Assembly (NCBI RefSeq): GCF_006345805.1
Contig: NW_021833293.1
Coordinates: 14,128 to 78,127, forward strand
Direction of reading: 5' to 3'
From: Octopus sinensis
Taxonomy: Eukaryota
DNA: 64,000 nt
Shown here: in pieces, positions 1 through 13,314 of the stretch
Numbering within the stretch: the stretch's first letter is position 1
Layout of the letters: each line of letters opens with the position of its first letter
Notes under the pieces: generated by a model
Told to the model about the DNA's origin: nothing
Databases searched by the model: none
What the model saw: only the letters and a program-made list of their open reading frames with translations
Program-made: the position numbers and the translations under genes

Positions 1-394
1 TCTCTTATTGGTTACTTTGGAGGACACATCACATATATATTTCTAATAAAGATGGCAAGTGCTCTAGTCATTCAAGGCAAAAGACTTAGATTTCATTAAA
101 GCCCGTCGTTAATATCGTGCTATATTGAAATTGATCAATAATATGATAGGCGTATCAGACGGAATGTCATTCAGCGATCTCTAAATTCAGTTTCGTATCG
201 TTGAATGTATAACCACAAACTTCTCTGCGATCCTTTCAACAATGTTTGTATTCTGTTCAATATGAACGTAACACGTCGTTTATGTGATAATTTGAAATTG
301 TGTGTAAATACAAATTGCTAACCTTATTTAGAAAGTAAGAGAATTTAGATACGTGGGAGCAGGATTCGAAACCAAGTCCTTATATGTAATCTCC

Positions 395-570
395 AAGTTC
401 GTAGTTTCGAACCCCAGAACGTCATTGCTTTGTTTTCTTGAGTAAATCACTTCATTTCACCTTGTTCCCGTCGATTCAACTGTAAATTGGTAACCCTGCG
501 CCAGGCTAGGGTTTCATTCATGGGCTATGTACACTCGTCCGACAAAGCGATGGAGTAGCGACAGTTAAAG
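395..570 (+). mobile_element. Degenerate SINE-like remnant
   Basis: B-box-like GTTTCGAACCC followed by a body (TTCTTGAGTAAATCACTTCATTTCACCTTGTT...) loosely resembling the SINE at 13720-14022. Confidence 0.35.
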
Positions 571-1004
571 GGTGAAATAATGTAAGGAATATTAATCTCC
601 TTTTCTATGAGGTAGAGTTAACGCTTGGAGAGATTACTAGAAAGATCATTGTTGTATGGCACTGCAGTTTAATGCAAAAAAGTCTCTTAGAAGTGTTACG
701 TATGTTCCATCTAATTTCCTTTGCAGTGCCTAAGAGATTGCAGCTGTGCACGTTTGTTGCTGTTGCTCGAAAGAATCTAAACGCAAGCCTTCAGTTTTGC
801 AAATAATATTCTTGTTTCAAACAGCAGGCCACAATGTGAGATTCAATGTCATTCTGACTTGCATTGACCCATGCTCACGATATGCAAAAATCGACTACTT
901 TTATTGTAATAACTAATAGTAAGTAGGAAGATACGTCTCGGTTACAAGGCGGGTACTTGATTTTGTATAATCCATAATTACAGGACTATCCAAGCAATAA
1001 ATTC

Positions 1005-1153
1005 ATATACAGACATATATATATACATATATATATATATGTGTGTGTGTATGTACGTGTGTGTGTGTGTGTGTACGTGTATATATATGTGGTGAGTTTA
1101 TACATGCATATATATACGCATACATACACATGTATACTAGCATACATATATAC

Positions 1154-1188
<35 letters not shown>

Positions 1189-1195
1189 CAGACGT
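1005..1195. repeat. (TA)n/(TG)n/(CA)n compound microsatellite
   Basis: Direct reading. Confidence 0.95.
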
Positions 1196-1463
1196 ATACA
1201 GGAAGCAGTGAATTATCACTGATACTAATGCAGTTCACTGCTAATGAAGCTGCAAGATATAGAGGTCCATTAAGTGCTATAGTCTGCACAATCGTTCAAA
1301 TATGTATACATGAGATGAAAGTTGAACAATGAAATCATCTATTGTAATGTCAAAGCATTCAGTTTCTAGAGAGCAAATATTTAAACCCAACTCAGGCTCT
1401 CAAAATAGGCTAATAAACCAAATATATCGTGACATATGAATATTTGACGATTGATGAATATAC

Positions 1464-1548
1464 TATATCTATCTATCTGTCTGTCTGTCTGTCTCTCTCT
1501 ATGTATCTATCAATCTGTTTGTTTGTCTGTCTGTTTGTCTATCTATCA

Positions 1549-1622
<74 letters not shown>

Positions 1623-1636
1623 TTATCTATCTATCT
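1464..1636. repeat. (TATC)n/(TGTC)n array
   Basis: Direct reading; lies immediately upstream of LINE copy 1. Confidence 0.95.
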
Positions 1637-2380
1637 TCGTGCAGTGTCCAACAATTTCCGACCTGTGGGCTTATGTCGAACAACTGCTGTCACGTGTGGG
1701 ACGTGTCGGTTTATCAGCCGAGTCTATCGTCAATATTGTCACGCCTCCTTCCTTCAAACCGGAAGGAAGAGCTATTTTCATCATCCTTGCGGCTATGGCG
1801 AAAGAATGTATCTGGTGGACGCGTCTGAAAGGATTGGAGACAAACACTTTCCTCTCTGGTCAATCTCTCATCAACTTCTTCAAGTACCACTTGAAAAGGA
1901 AAGTGAGAGTAGAGAGGCAAGTTTTGTCTAGCGAATGTTTTAAAAAAAGATGGGTGAATGTAGCAAGAATGGCACGTATGAATGACGAAGCCACCTTGAG
2001 CATGATCTTATGAACCCAGAAATTGAAAACAGAGAGTTGCTTATTCGCAAAAAAAAAAAAAAGAAATATAACATGTAACTCCATTGACCGAGGTTACCGT
2101 GGTCTTTTCCGTAGGCTTTTCTTTCCACGGGTAAACCTCACCTGTCCTCCCCCTTACACTTCATATTGACATTTCTGTGATAACGATCCCTATTGATCAA
2201 TTTTTTTTCCTCTCCCCTTTTTTTTAACCCCCCTTTTTTTTGTCCTCTTTCTCTCCTTTTATGATCCCTTTTGATCGAAACTCCCCCTTCCTTTTTTTTT
2301 TTTTTAAACCTTCTAAAGAAAAGCTCTACCTTGTAATTTGTTCTATCTGTGTGCAGCCCCGTGTGGCTAATAAAGAAACA
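1637..2380 (+). mobile_element. 5'-truncated L1/Tx1-clade LINE, copy 1 (ORF2 C-terminus plus 3' UTR)
   Basis: Open frame VQCPTISDLWAYVEQLL...KRWVNVARMARMNDEATLSMIL*, then a pyrimidine-rich 3' UTR, AATAAA and (TATC)n; closely similar to 2833-3462. Confidence 0.8.
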
Positions 2381-2480
<100 letters not shown>

Positions 2481-3461
2481 GCTGAGGAAGGGCGAATGGC
2501 ACCGCGAGTGTTGCGTTGCTCTCAAGCAACTCTGCCGTTCTGGGTCGACCTTGAGTGACTTCATCACAACCAAAGCATTCTATAGGGGATTAGTGGAGGG
2601 GAGGTACGACGACGAGCTCGGGGCGAACCTGGACGTCGACGAGGAGTATCTGACCCGCCCGTTAGGGACGACTTTCGGGCCAGGACCCATGGGCAACTTC
2701 CAGAGATCCCTGGCCTTGCAGTGCTACCGAGAAGCGCTAGCCGTTCGGGATAAGCTCTACAGACACGACTCGAGAAACACGGGGCGACCTGCCCGAGATG
2801 CGGTCAGAGCGACGAAACCGTTCTGCACGCACTCGTGCAGTGTCCAACAATTTCCGACCTGTGGGCTTATGTCGAACAACTGCTGTCACGTGTGGGACGA
2901 GTCGGTTTATCAGCTGAGTCTATCGTCAATATTGTCACGCCTCCTTCCTTCAAACGGGAAGGAAGAGCTATTTTCATAATCCTTGTGGCTATGGCGAAAG
3001 AATGTATCTGGTGGACGCGTCTGAGAGGACTGGAGACAAACACTTTCCTCTCTGGTCAATCTCTCATCAACTTCTTCAAGTACTTTTTCGTAGGCTTTTC
3101 TTCCCACGGATAAACCTTACTTGCTTTTCCCCTTACACCATATATCATAACACTGTGATACATGATCCCTATTGATCGTTTTTTTTCTCCTCTTCCCCTT
3201 TTTTCCGCCTTTTTTCTTCTTTTTTCATTTCTCTTTTCCTTTGTTCCTTTTCCTTTTCTTCTTTTTTTTATTCATTTCTTTATTTATTAAAAAAATTTTT
3301 TTTTGTTTTGTTCTTTTACCCTTTTACGATCCCTTTTGATCGAAAACCTACGCCACCTTTTTTGTTTCTTTTGCTTTTTGTTTTTTTCATCCCCCAAAAG
3401 AAAAGCTCTACCTTGTAACTTGTCCCATCTGTGTGCAGCCCTGTGTGGCCAATAAAGAAAC

Positions 3462-3462
<1 letters not shown>
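2481..3462 (+). mobile_element. 5'-truncated L1/Tx1-clade LINE, copy 2, with zinc-knuckle region; frameshifted and internally deleted
   Basis: Across a frameshift reads ...LAVRDKLYRH...TCPRCGQSDETVLHALVQCPTISDLW (CX2CX8HX4C knuckle). Lacks about 217 bp present in copy 1 (~1887-2103). Same 3' end ...AATAAAGAAAC-(TATC)n. Confidence 0.8.
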
Positions 3463-3597
<135 letters not shown>

Positions 3598-4091
3598 ATG
3601 TATGTATGTGTGTATGTATGAGTGGAAGTTTACATGTAGATATGTGAGAAAGACGGTGATATGTATTTCAATAGATATAATGAGAGTGTACTTGTCGAGA
3701 TGAGTGCCAGTATAATTCAAGAATACATACACACACACACGTACATACATATATACACATGTGCGTCTGCAGGCTTGAGCGTGCGTATATATTTTCGTGA
3801 GAGAGTAATACAACAGCGAAAACAACATACTAAGGCTAATAAGTAAACAACATAACACTCCCTGGGTAAAAGTGTAGTGAATCGGAAAATAATCTAAGTT
3901 TTCTTTTTTTTCAGTCGATTGTCAACAATCTATATGCAATCCGTCTCTGTTTATAGAAGAAAGAGTAAAACGCGCAACACAGACACTTGCTTCTATAAAC
4001 ATTCATCCAATACACTCTTAATCACTAGCGCGCACAAGATATATGAATATATATGTATACGCTCAACAACATACATATGTACATGCATAAA

Positions 4092-4550
4092 GGCGCAGGA
4101 GTGGCTGTGTGGTAAGTAGCTTGTTTACCAACCCCATGGTTCCGGGTTCAGTCCCACTAGGAGTAGCTGTGTGGTAAGTAGCTTGTTTACCAACTACATG
4201 GTTGCGGGTTCAGTCCCACTGCGTGGCATCTTGGGCAAGTGTCTTCTGCTATAGCCCCGGGCCGACCAATGCCTTGTGAGTGGATCGGTAGACGGAAACT
4301 GAAAGAAGCCTGTCGTATATATATATATGTGTGTGTGTTGCATGTATATGTTTGTGTGTCTGTGTTTGTCCCCCTACAAACGATGCTGTAGTGTTTACGT
4401 CCCCGTCACTTAGCGGTTCGGCAAAAGAGATCGATAGAATAAGTACTGGGCTTACAAAGAATAAGTCCCGGGGTCGATTTGCTCGACTAAAGGCGGTGCT
4501 CCAACATGGCCGCAGTCAAATGACTGCAACAAGTAAAAGAGTAAAGAGTA
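4092..4550 (+). mobile_element. tRNA-derived SINE with a tandemly duplicated head
   Basis: A-box-like TGGCTGTGTGGTAAG and B-box-like GGTTCAGTCCC occur twice (4092, 4159); internal TA/TG tract; tail AAGGCGGTGCTCCAACATGGCCGCAGTC. Same family as 15171 and 61670. Confidence 0.85.
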
Positions 4551-4568
4551 TATATAGTTACAATTGAG

Positions 4569-4569
<1 letters not shown>

Positions 4570-4634
<65 letters not shown>

Positions 4635-4660
4635 TATTATATAATATATATATAATATAG
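4570..4660. repeat. (TA)n microsatellite
   Basis: Direct reading. Confidence 0.95.
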
Positions 4661-4803
4661 ACCGGGCGTTGTGTGTGTTTATTGAGCGAAAACACCTAAA
4701 AGCTCCACGAGGCTCCGGCAGGAGGTGGATCCCTGCTGTACTCTTTCACCACTCTAAAAGGCGGTGCTCCAGCATGGCCGCATCAAATACTGAAACAAGT
4801 AAA
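4659..4803 (+). mobile_element. Two joined SINE fragments
   Basis: 4659-4755 is the reverse complement of part of the SINE at 9814-10107; 4757-4803 matches the tail of the 4092 SINE. Confidence 0.7.
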
Positions 4804-4826
4804 AAAAAAAAAAAAAAAAATATATA

Positions 4827-4888
<62 letters not shown>

Positions 4889-4919
4889 ATATTATATATA
4901 TATAGATATATATAATATA

Positions 4920-4961
<42 letters not shown>

Positions 4962-4962
4962 A

Positions 4963-5694
4963 TATATTAATCAATATCGGGTGGCAAAAAAATTCAACAG
5001 CAAAATTTAGGAACGGCCATAATAGGCCGTTCAACAACCACTAGAAATAGCAGCCAAGGCTTCAACCGCAAAACAATATTAATTCCGTAAACCAGGAGAA
5101 CATTTAAAAAACATTTACCCTGTAATACCTTATACAATGCATCGTTTCGTCTATTTTTTAATGGTAAATCAACCTGATTCAATTAAATCAAGCTAATCTT
5201 CCATAGGCCAATAAATTCATCAGTAAGGTAAGCCAGACGGGACAGATATTTGCACGAGGCAGCACCACTACTGTCTCGGCTATATCTGACCTAAAATTTT
5301 CAAATCATCGTACTCGCGCCAAATTTATCGGCAGCAAATATAAGCTGCCGCTTCCATTTCGGAATTAAACAGAAAATTCATAATTAATCAATATAGGGTG
5401 GCAAAAAAATTCAGCAGAAATTATTTGCCACCAGCGGCCTAGTGGGAAAAAAGTAAATAGTCAGAGACCATTAATAAATTCAACAGCAAAATTTAGGAAC
5501 GGCCATAATAGGCCGTTCAACCCACTAACTATTTAAAAAATAGACGAAACGATGCATTGTATAAGGTATTACAGGGTAAATGTTTTTAAAATTTTCTCCT
5601 GGTTTACGGAATTAATATTGTTTTGCGGTTGAAGCCTTGGCTGCTATTTCTAGTGGGTTGAACGGCCTATTATGGCCGTTCCTAAATTTTGCTG
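4963..5694. mobile_element. Non-coding hammerhead-containing element A (retrozyme/Penelope-pLTR-like): partial tandem with ~417-bp period plus inverted arms
   Basis: GGGTGGCAAAAAAATTCA recurs at 4979 and 5396. Arms 4998-5161 and 5533-5694 are reverse complements. (TA)n on both flanks; contains an HHR fold. Confidence 0.7.
5126..5230 (-). ncRNA. Type I hammerhead ribozyme with a long stem II
   Basis: Minus strand: UACCUUA-CUGAUGA-[~68-nt stem-loop]-GAA-ACGAUGCAUUGU-A-UAAGGUA. Perfect 7-bp stem I, near-palindromic stem III, GUA cleavage triplet. Confidence 0.75.
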
Positions 5695-5695
5695 C

Positions 5696-5779
<84 letters not shown>

Positions 5780-5783
5780 CTAC

Positions 5784-5824
<41 letters not shown>

Positions 5825-5860
5825 CCGATCCATTCTTTTTTCTTGGTTATATATATATGA
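5696..5860. repeat. (TA)n microsatellite
   Basis: Direct reading. Confidence 0.9.
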
Positions 5861-6353
5861 TAGGAATATGTTTCAAAAAGTAAATAGAAACACGTGGAAC
5901 GGAAATGCGAGAAAGTGAGAAGAAAAACAGCGAAAATGCACATTGAATATCAAAATAATATATATAAAGGCTTTTTTTAATAAAAAGTAACGATAAAAAT
6001 ACAATTATATGAACTGAGGTAGAATTAAGTGTAATTAAATTCCTTATTTTGAATTGTTCAAGAGATTTCATGTCAAACCGGTGTCGTCTTTGCTGTTCAC
6101 TGTCTTTGAATCCGCACCGATTATCAAACGTTGTTAGCTCTAACTAGTCCCTGAGTAGAAATATTGTGTAAGGGAGGTAAGTAGTTCTGGACGTGGGGCA
6201 ATTACATTGTCTATTTAATTAAAAAATTCTATATGTGGCAGAAGATTGCTCGACATTTTAAAACTGATGTAATACTTAAAGTGTTTAATAAAATAAAGTA
6301 GCAGGAAACGATTGTACTACACTACATTGTATATCCTTGTTGCTTATTTTGAT

Positions 6354-6386
<33 letters not shown>

Positions 6387-6430
6387 TATATATACTATAT
6401 ATAATATTTATATTATACATATATATAATA

Positions 6431-6474
<44 letters not shown>

Positions 6475-6542
6475 CTAAAACATGGGTTCACTCTGTTAAC
6501 TCCTGATTTGTTTTCTCTTTGACTTCCCAAAAAATCCCTTTT

Positions 6543-6581
6543 AATGTTTGATAAGATGGATACATCGAAACCGGTTATATT
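6543..6581 (+). ncRNA. Decayed minimal hammerhead (Penelope-type terminus relic)
   Basis: AAUGU-UUGAUAA-GAUG(GAUA)CAUC-GAAACCGGUU-AUAUU: stems I and II pair, but the core has two substitutions relative to CUGAUGA. Confidence 0.45.
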
Positions 6582-9500
6582 TTAAATCACTCACTGTAAC
6601 GAAAAGATTAAACATTCTCTAAAATATATCTCTGTGCCTTTTCCAATTTTATTTACATTTTAGCCATAATTTTTCATATGTATGGTCACTTAACCACTTT
6701 TCAATTATTTATATGTACACACACACATACACGCACACATACACACAAACACACATATACACACACGCACAGACACACACATAAAGCCGTCTAATCTGAA
6801 CTAATACCCGTTATATGCAATATGGAGCGCATTATCATTTCGTCTTTTGAGCTTCTTTCGTATTTAATGTTTCGCTTCTAAATGTATTGTGATTTGTGAT
6901 TGGTAAATCGCTTTAACTTTATGGTGATATTATATTATTGGCTTCTGTTTGGCTGGGAAAACAATATAAAGATCGCTTTGCAATAAAACTTAATGGTTTG
7001 CTAGATTCGTTAATCGTCTGACAAGCTTATTGCTCTATTTGTTTCGCCTGTTTTTAGTTACATTCCTGCTGCAATCCTATGTAAATACTACCATTCCTCC
7101 CTGGATAAAATATAACTTTGAGGTGCTTGGTAAGATTTCATTGATATATCACTCATCGTAAACGTGTGACCATATTAGTATGATTATTCCATATGTTTAT
7201 AATGTTTATAATTATTTCTTTACGGTTTTAGAGAGACATAGAGAATATTTATTTTCTATTTATATTTTGAGGTGAAATCTTCCTGAACCTAACACTGAAA
7301 TATAAATATAATTAACTGCTATTCATGTAAATTACCTGGCTATAAAACGCCCAGTTTCCTGTTTAATTATGAACTGTACCAGTGCTCCGTAAACATTCAG
7401 AGACTTACATGTACAGCATCAAGAAAGACGTGAAATATAATTGCCTGTTGTCATCACGTTAAATAGTAACATATTTATGGAGAACAAAAGTGCATTTTCG
7501 AAGCTCTTCGTATTGGATTTTAAAAGAGAATCAGAGAAATTGTTTATGCTATTACCATCTGTCTGAGAAGTTATTTACTATCTATTCCGATGTACATATT
7601 TTTGTACATATTTAAAAATACTTGCGTCATACTTTTATATAGCACGCGAAGACAACTGAGGTTATTTGATTTCTTCTTGTTAACGTTGTATTCAATGACA
7701 TCAATGTTTTGGATCATCACAGGAGTCGGCATTTAGAGAATTATCAGTTGGGATCAGTCATTTGAGTATTCAGTTGTTTGATTAACTGAAATTCTACTCG
7801 TGAAGTCATCGAATGTTTTCATGCAATTCTCGTGCCAAATTACCTGTGCGTGATTTAACTCACTGTGATGAGTACTAGTACGAATAAGGCAATATAGACA
7901 TCTCGATAGATTCTACAAATTCTTCACCCCGAATGATGAATATTATTATTGGTATTGTTAATCCTTATAACAAAAGAGTGATTCTATATTTTCTGCAAAT
8001 GACATCTTCTTTATCCTCTGCTTAGGCCTAAAAAACACCCAACCTACGGACAACGATTTGCAGACGCGACTCTGCAATCGTCTTAATTTTTAAAGTTACT
8101 GTGTTACTTTGAACACGTTATTCAATGTATCTTTCCCTTTTTAAGATGGTAGTGTGAGCTTTGAAAGAGATTTTAGTGTCATATCTAAGAGGTTCAATAA
8201 ACTTCGTAAGGTGCTCAGATTAAAGCTTTGAGAATCAAGAACCAGTTCGTAGAAACATTGGTTTTGGCCTTGATGTTGGAAGGATGCGAACCTATCGATC
8301 ATTCAACAAATTTTCTGGCATATAAACAACTTCATTTAAGATTTTAGCGAAAAAAGCGCAAAACCGCTACCGACAAGAATAACAACTCCAATACGATGAT
8401 AGCCTCAACGCCTCTGATGTGAGTTCCACTCAATCAAAAATGGCATGAGGGTTATACAGAAATTTACAATGAATAAATACATAAAAGAATGAATAAATGG
8501 GTAAATAAATAAATATATAAATGAAAGCATTCATTACAACAATAGAGGTAACAATAATAATGGTTGCAAAAATAACAAACTATCGAAATTGAAAAATAGA
8601 CGCAGGAATGCTGACGAAAGCAGTAGCAAACAGCAAATCTATACAAATATATTTGCAGCTATCTTATGCCATATTTAACTTATTTCACTCTCATCATGTC
8701 TTCCCGTCATGCCTCACCAACACAAAGCATTATATTTTCCCCCTTCCGGCGATGCCTGAAGTAGTTTCCCGACATGCATCAGTAATCACAACTGTTTATT
8801 CGATTTCTGTCGGTTTCCGAGGATTAAAGTTATTTTTCCCGTCATGCCTTCTTATTCTAAATAACTCAATGTTCTTCAGCTTTCGGCAACGAATTGGGAT
8901 TTTAGTGTTTTGTCAGCCATAACACGATTTAAGAAACACAATGCCTACTTAGAACCACCTCTGCCTAGACCATAATACGATGGTGGATTATACGATAACG
9001 ACGAGAGAAAAGTTGCTGGTATTAGTGTATTTGGACATGATTGTATTGTAAGTACAGGTGGCAGTTTAGGCAGCCTGATATTTCTTGATTTTTATTACCA
9101 ATGACTGTGGCATAGTAGTTTTGCTGTTTAATTCACAATCCTGAAGTTGATGGCTCGATTCTCGAACTGGAAAGTACATTCTATTTTTAAGTAAGGGATT
9201 TCATTTATCATTGCTTAATAAAATTAACAAGTAAGTGCCAGAAATTTGATGTTGCAAAATTGAACCGACGTGGGACTGGTGTTTACTTAAGTGAAAAACC
9301 TTTTCCGCTATGTTTCGAAAGCTGGGATAAGGCCTAAATGAATTGGTCTGCAACTTCGATATAGAGTTGTACTTCTTAGATACAACCCCCACAGTATTTG
9401 TGTACATAAGCATATGCATACATGCACACATACACATATACACACACATATATATGTATATATATTTATGCATAATTAATGGTAAAAACATTATAAAGAT

Positions 9501-9767
9501 TTTTTCAATAGCCAGCATGCAATAAAAACCATCTAGGTAACGATTAATACTAATATATAATTATAACGATATAATTATAATAGAGGGTGTTGATAAACAA
9601 CACGAACATGTTAAAGACAGACATCAAATTGTGCTGAAAGCTCATCGGAGTGCAAATGTGGTTGTAGCGCCATTTGGCTTTCATCTCTAGCGTTTTGGTA
9701 TTGTTTATCAGCACCCTTTATTATAATAATATCTTTGTAATTATATATTAATATATAAATACACACA

Positions 9768-9813
<46 letters not shown>

Positions 9814-9815
<2 letters not shown>

Positions 9816-10104
9816 CACGTGATCATGTGACCGACCAGACCATCAGATGTTGTTACACATCGCTGGTCACAATGCGTTCGCATTGTTTTAGCCTTCGAAT
9901 GACGCCACACCGCTGGCTAAGCGAGCAGGCCAACAGAAGAAAGAGTGAGAGAAAGTTGTGGCGGAAGAGTACAGCACGGATCACCCCACCCTGCCGGAGC
10001 CTCGTGGAGCTTTTAGGTGTGTTCGCTCAATAAATACTCACAACGCCCGGTCTGGGAATCGAAACCGCGAATCTGCTGCCCTAACCACTAGGCCATTGCG
10101 CCTC

Positions 10105-10107
<3 letters not shown>
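9814..10107 (-). mobile_element. tRNA-derived SINE (second family)
   Basis: Minus-strand head GGAGGCGCAATGGCCTAGTGGTTAGGGCAGC...GGTTTCGATTCCC with A/B boxes; matching head fragment near 38829 and body fragment at 4659. Confidence 0.85.
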
Positions 10108-10184
<77 letters not shown>

Positions 10185-10612
10185 CAGGATTATCAGCGTC
10201 ACGCAGTATTTAGGCATAAAGCTTTTACATATGAGGCGTGTTTTCTTCACTTATCACCCCTTTCTCCCTATACGCATCATCAAAATCACTACGTTTACCA
10301 CACCGCAATCACAACAAGCAGACACAAAATATTGACCAAAATGTTCACATTCCCAACCACAAAATTATGATAGTCGTCGTCGTCGTCATCATCATCATCA
10401 TCGCCGCTATGATCAGCATCATAATACAAGTTTTCTGGATTAAGTGTCGTGTATATCATCACCACTTTGTACTGCAGCAATATAAAACAAAGTGTTTTCT
10501 TTTTTTTGCCTAATAACAAAACCTCTCTCCCTATCGTCCAGGAATCGCAACTACAACCTTACGATCACGTCAGCAATATTCTAAGCACTAAAACATACGT
10601 CTACACCCATAT

Positions 10613-10702
<90 letters not shown>

Positions 10703-10825
10703 GTTTTCGTTTGCATTCTCCCCAACCACTGCTTCCAGTCCGGGTTCTTTTTTTAAGTCTGCGCACCTCAGCGTTTCGGAAATAAGTGACTGATAGCGTA
10801 AGTTCCAGGCTTTTTAAAACAAGTG

Positions 10826-10910
10826 TACTTGGTTCGATTTGTTTGACTAAACCCTTCAAGGTGGTGCCGCAGATATGACCGTTGTCCAATAAATGAAACA
10901 AGTAATAGGT
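10826..10910 (+). mobile_element. SINE 3' tail fragment
   Basis: TTCGATTTGTTTGACTAAACCCTTCAAGGTGGTGCC...TGAAACAAGTAA resembles the tail at 4470-4545. Confidence 0.6.
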
Positions 10911-11252
10911 AAAAATATATATTCTGCATAAAGGAACACGCGAATGCAGGAGAGCTGTGTGGACAGCTCAGAAAAGCGGGTAAAAGCAATAAACAATTCG
11001 AAAAAGCACTGCGAATCAAACCGGCTGAGTGCTCTGAACCATTAAGCTAAGAAATCCCTAGCAGTAGGCTCTATATTTTTATAATGCTAAATAATAACTT
11101 GAAGCAAACCTATAAGTGCCTTATGTGTTGGTAATGTACATAAATAAAGGGATTCGCGAACGTAGGAAGCCTGCCAAGACAGTGTTAAAATCAAGTAAAT
11201 AGCCGTTAGAATGGAGGTGTTCTTCTAAAGTGACCAATTTAGAAGAATTTAG

Positions 11253-11283
<31 letters not shown>

Positions 11284-11319
11284 TACATATATATATATTG
11301 CTGGCGTGTCTGTTTGAGA

Positions 11320-11446
11320 TGAAGCTTGCTTGCTAACCACATGGATCCAGATACAATGCCATTACTTGCAGACTCGGGCAAGTATCTTCAACTATAAGCT
11401 TGGGCCGCCTGGACTTGGTAGATTAAAACTGAAAGGGGCCTGACGT
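11320..11446 (+). mobile_element. Degenerate SINE head (4092 family)
   Basis: AAGCTTGCTTGCTAACCACATGG...GGGCAAGTATCTTCAACTATAAGC...GGGCCG similar to 4110-4265. Confidence 0.6.
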
Positions 11447-11465
11447 AAATATATATATATATATA

Positions 11466-11506
<41 letters not shown>

Positions 11507-12239
11507 AGTGTGAGTGTGTGTGTGTGTATCAGGAACAACCCCCCCCCCGTCCAATACACGGTTCTGAATCATATCTGTTAAATAAAAAGGAATCAGTGTT
11601 TTTTTTTGAAAATAATTAAACATGCCTTTATTTCAATAAAATTTTTGATTTTGTTAAACGAAGTTAAGGCAAAAATAAAAAAAAAACAATAGTCTTTCCT
11701 TCCTTCATGGGAAGTTTGAAGAAAATATCTCTTTTGCATCTTACTTTTTGGTCTCTTAAATATACTGTATTTTGTGGCATTATTTCAAGCCAGCAGGCCT
11801 TTTGCGCAAACTGCACGTGGATTTTTCTCGCGTACGCGTAGTATCGATCGCAACAGCTGGTGTACTTGCGCTACAAATGCACGTTCTCACGGCTTTATCG
11901 ATCGCATTCTCACCTGGAATCGACGTTTGTAATTAATTTGAAGACTTATACACGCCCTAAAACCGTCGGTACGAGCGCAATCGGATGGCGGTTTCCCGAG
12001 ATCCTAGAAGACACACACATAGACAGAACAGAATTTATATAATAGATTATTATAACCAGCTGGTTGCAATGCGATATGCCAGCTGTAACGATATTCTGTA
12101 ACGTATTTGAAAATGAACGATATTCTTTGTGTAGATTCACTTTATTGCATCGAGTTACGTAATTAATCTTACATTCTATGGTGATCATAGTAGGGTGCAG
12201 AATCTAAACAACTGAGAAGAAATAACACAGAGAACCATC

Positions 12240-12860
12240 ATGATTTCCTGTGTTCTCGTTCTGAAAGTTCAAATGATCCATCAGGCCAAACGTCGGCATT
12301 TTATTGCCAACACAGTATTACGCACCTGGAAAGATGCATCATTACTCATGTCAATGACAAGGTTGCGCTCTGATTTTTATCCAGGCATTGCAGTCCTACC
12401 TGGGCCAGTATATCCTGTCTGCCTTTCACTCGGCTTCATGTGTTGGTAGCGCAAACCTTCAGTTTTTTCCAGCATTAAATTGCATGACGTCTTCAGCCCA
12501 CCGGTATTTCGCATTCAACACATGTTGCATGTGCGCAGCATCTCCAGGGTTCTGTATCCTCTGATAAACATTTGTATCATCTCCAGAGGTAGCAAGGGTT
12601 GATCTCTGAGCAGCTGTGTGCATGCTTAATGTGAATAGCAGTGACCCCAAGAAAGTGCCCTGTAGGACACCACTCATCATATGCTTTTCAATGGAGGTAG
12701 TCATGATGGGTATCACCATCTGGTTTCTGTCTTTTAGAAATTCGTATAGCCACGCCACAAGCTCCCCTACTATGCTGAGATACGAGAACCATCTGTTGGT
12801 GGAGTGGCGCCCTACCTTGCAATATACAGAAGCAGTTTCTTTGGCATACATAATGGGGCT
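12240..12860 (-). pseudogene. Degenerate LINE reverse-transcriptase fragment
   Basis: GVLQGTFLGSLLF...SGDDT...AAHMQHVLNAKYRWAEDVMQFNAGK resembles the RT motifs GVPQGSxLGPLLF and YADD. Confidence 0.75.
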
Positions 12861-12919
12861 TTATGGTTTGATTTTATTTTTAATAACCCAGTTTTCTTGT
12901 ATGCTCATTCTTTTTCCTT

Positions 12920-13314
12920 CTTTTTTCTTTTATTTCTTTCAGTCATTTCCATGCTGGAAATCTTCCATAAATAGTTTTTTATCGAAAAAAACCGGCCCCA
13001 GCACTTATTCTTTATAAGCTAGTAATTAATCTCTTTTGTCGAACCGTTGTGTTATACAGATATAATTACACCAACATCGGTTGTTAAGCGATAATTGGGG
13101 TACAAACACAGACACAGGTAAATACACACACACACACACACATACACGCACACGCACATACACACACACACGCGCGCACGCACACACACACACGCACACA
13201 CACACACACACACGATCAAAGGCTATAGTAGAAGACACTCACCAAAGGTGCCACGCAGTGGGACTAAACCCAGGCTGGGAAGAATGCTTCTTACCACACA
13301 GCCTCACCTGCGCC
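12920..13314 (-). mobile_element. tRNA-derived SINE (4092 family) inside the left arm
   Basis: Reverse complement of 15171-15565. Confidence 0.8.

Noticed and set aside
5021-5046. GAACGGCC-ATAATA-GGCCGTTC hairpin followed by CTAG, like a Helitron 3' end
   Set aside because: No matching 5' TC terminus; the homologous sequence continues past CTAG, and the other arm has different spacing. Better explained as internal to element A.
9814-10107. tRNA gene candidates at SINE heads (also 4092, 14022, 61834)
   Set aside because: A/B boxes are present, but there is no complete cloverleaf and they run into repeat bodies; these are SINEs.
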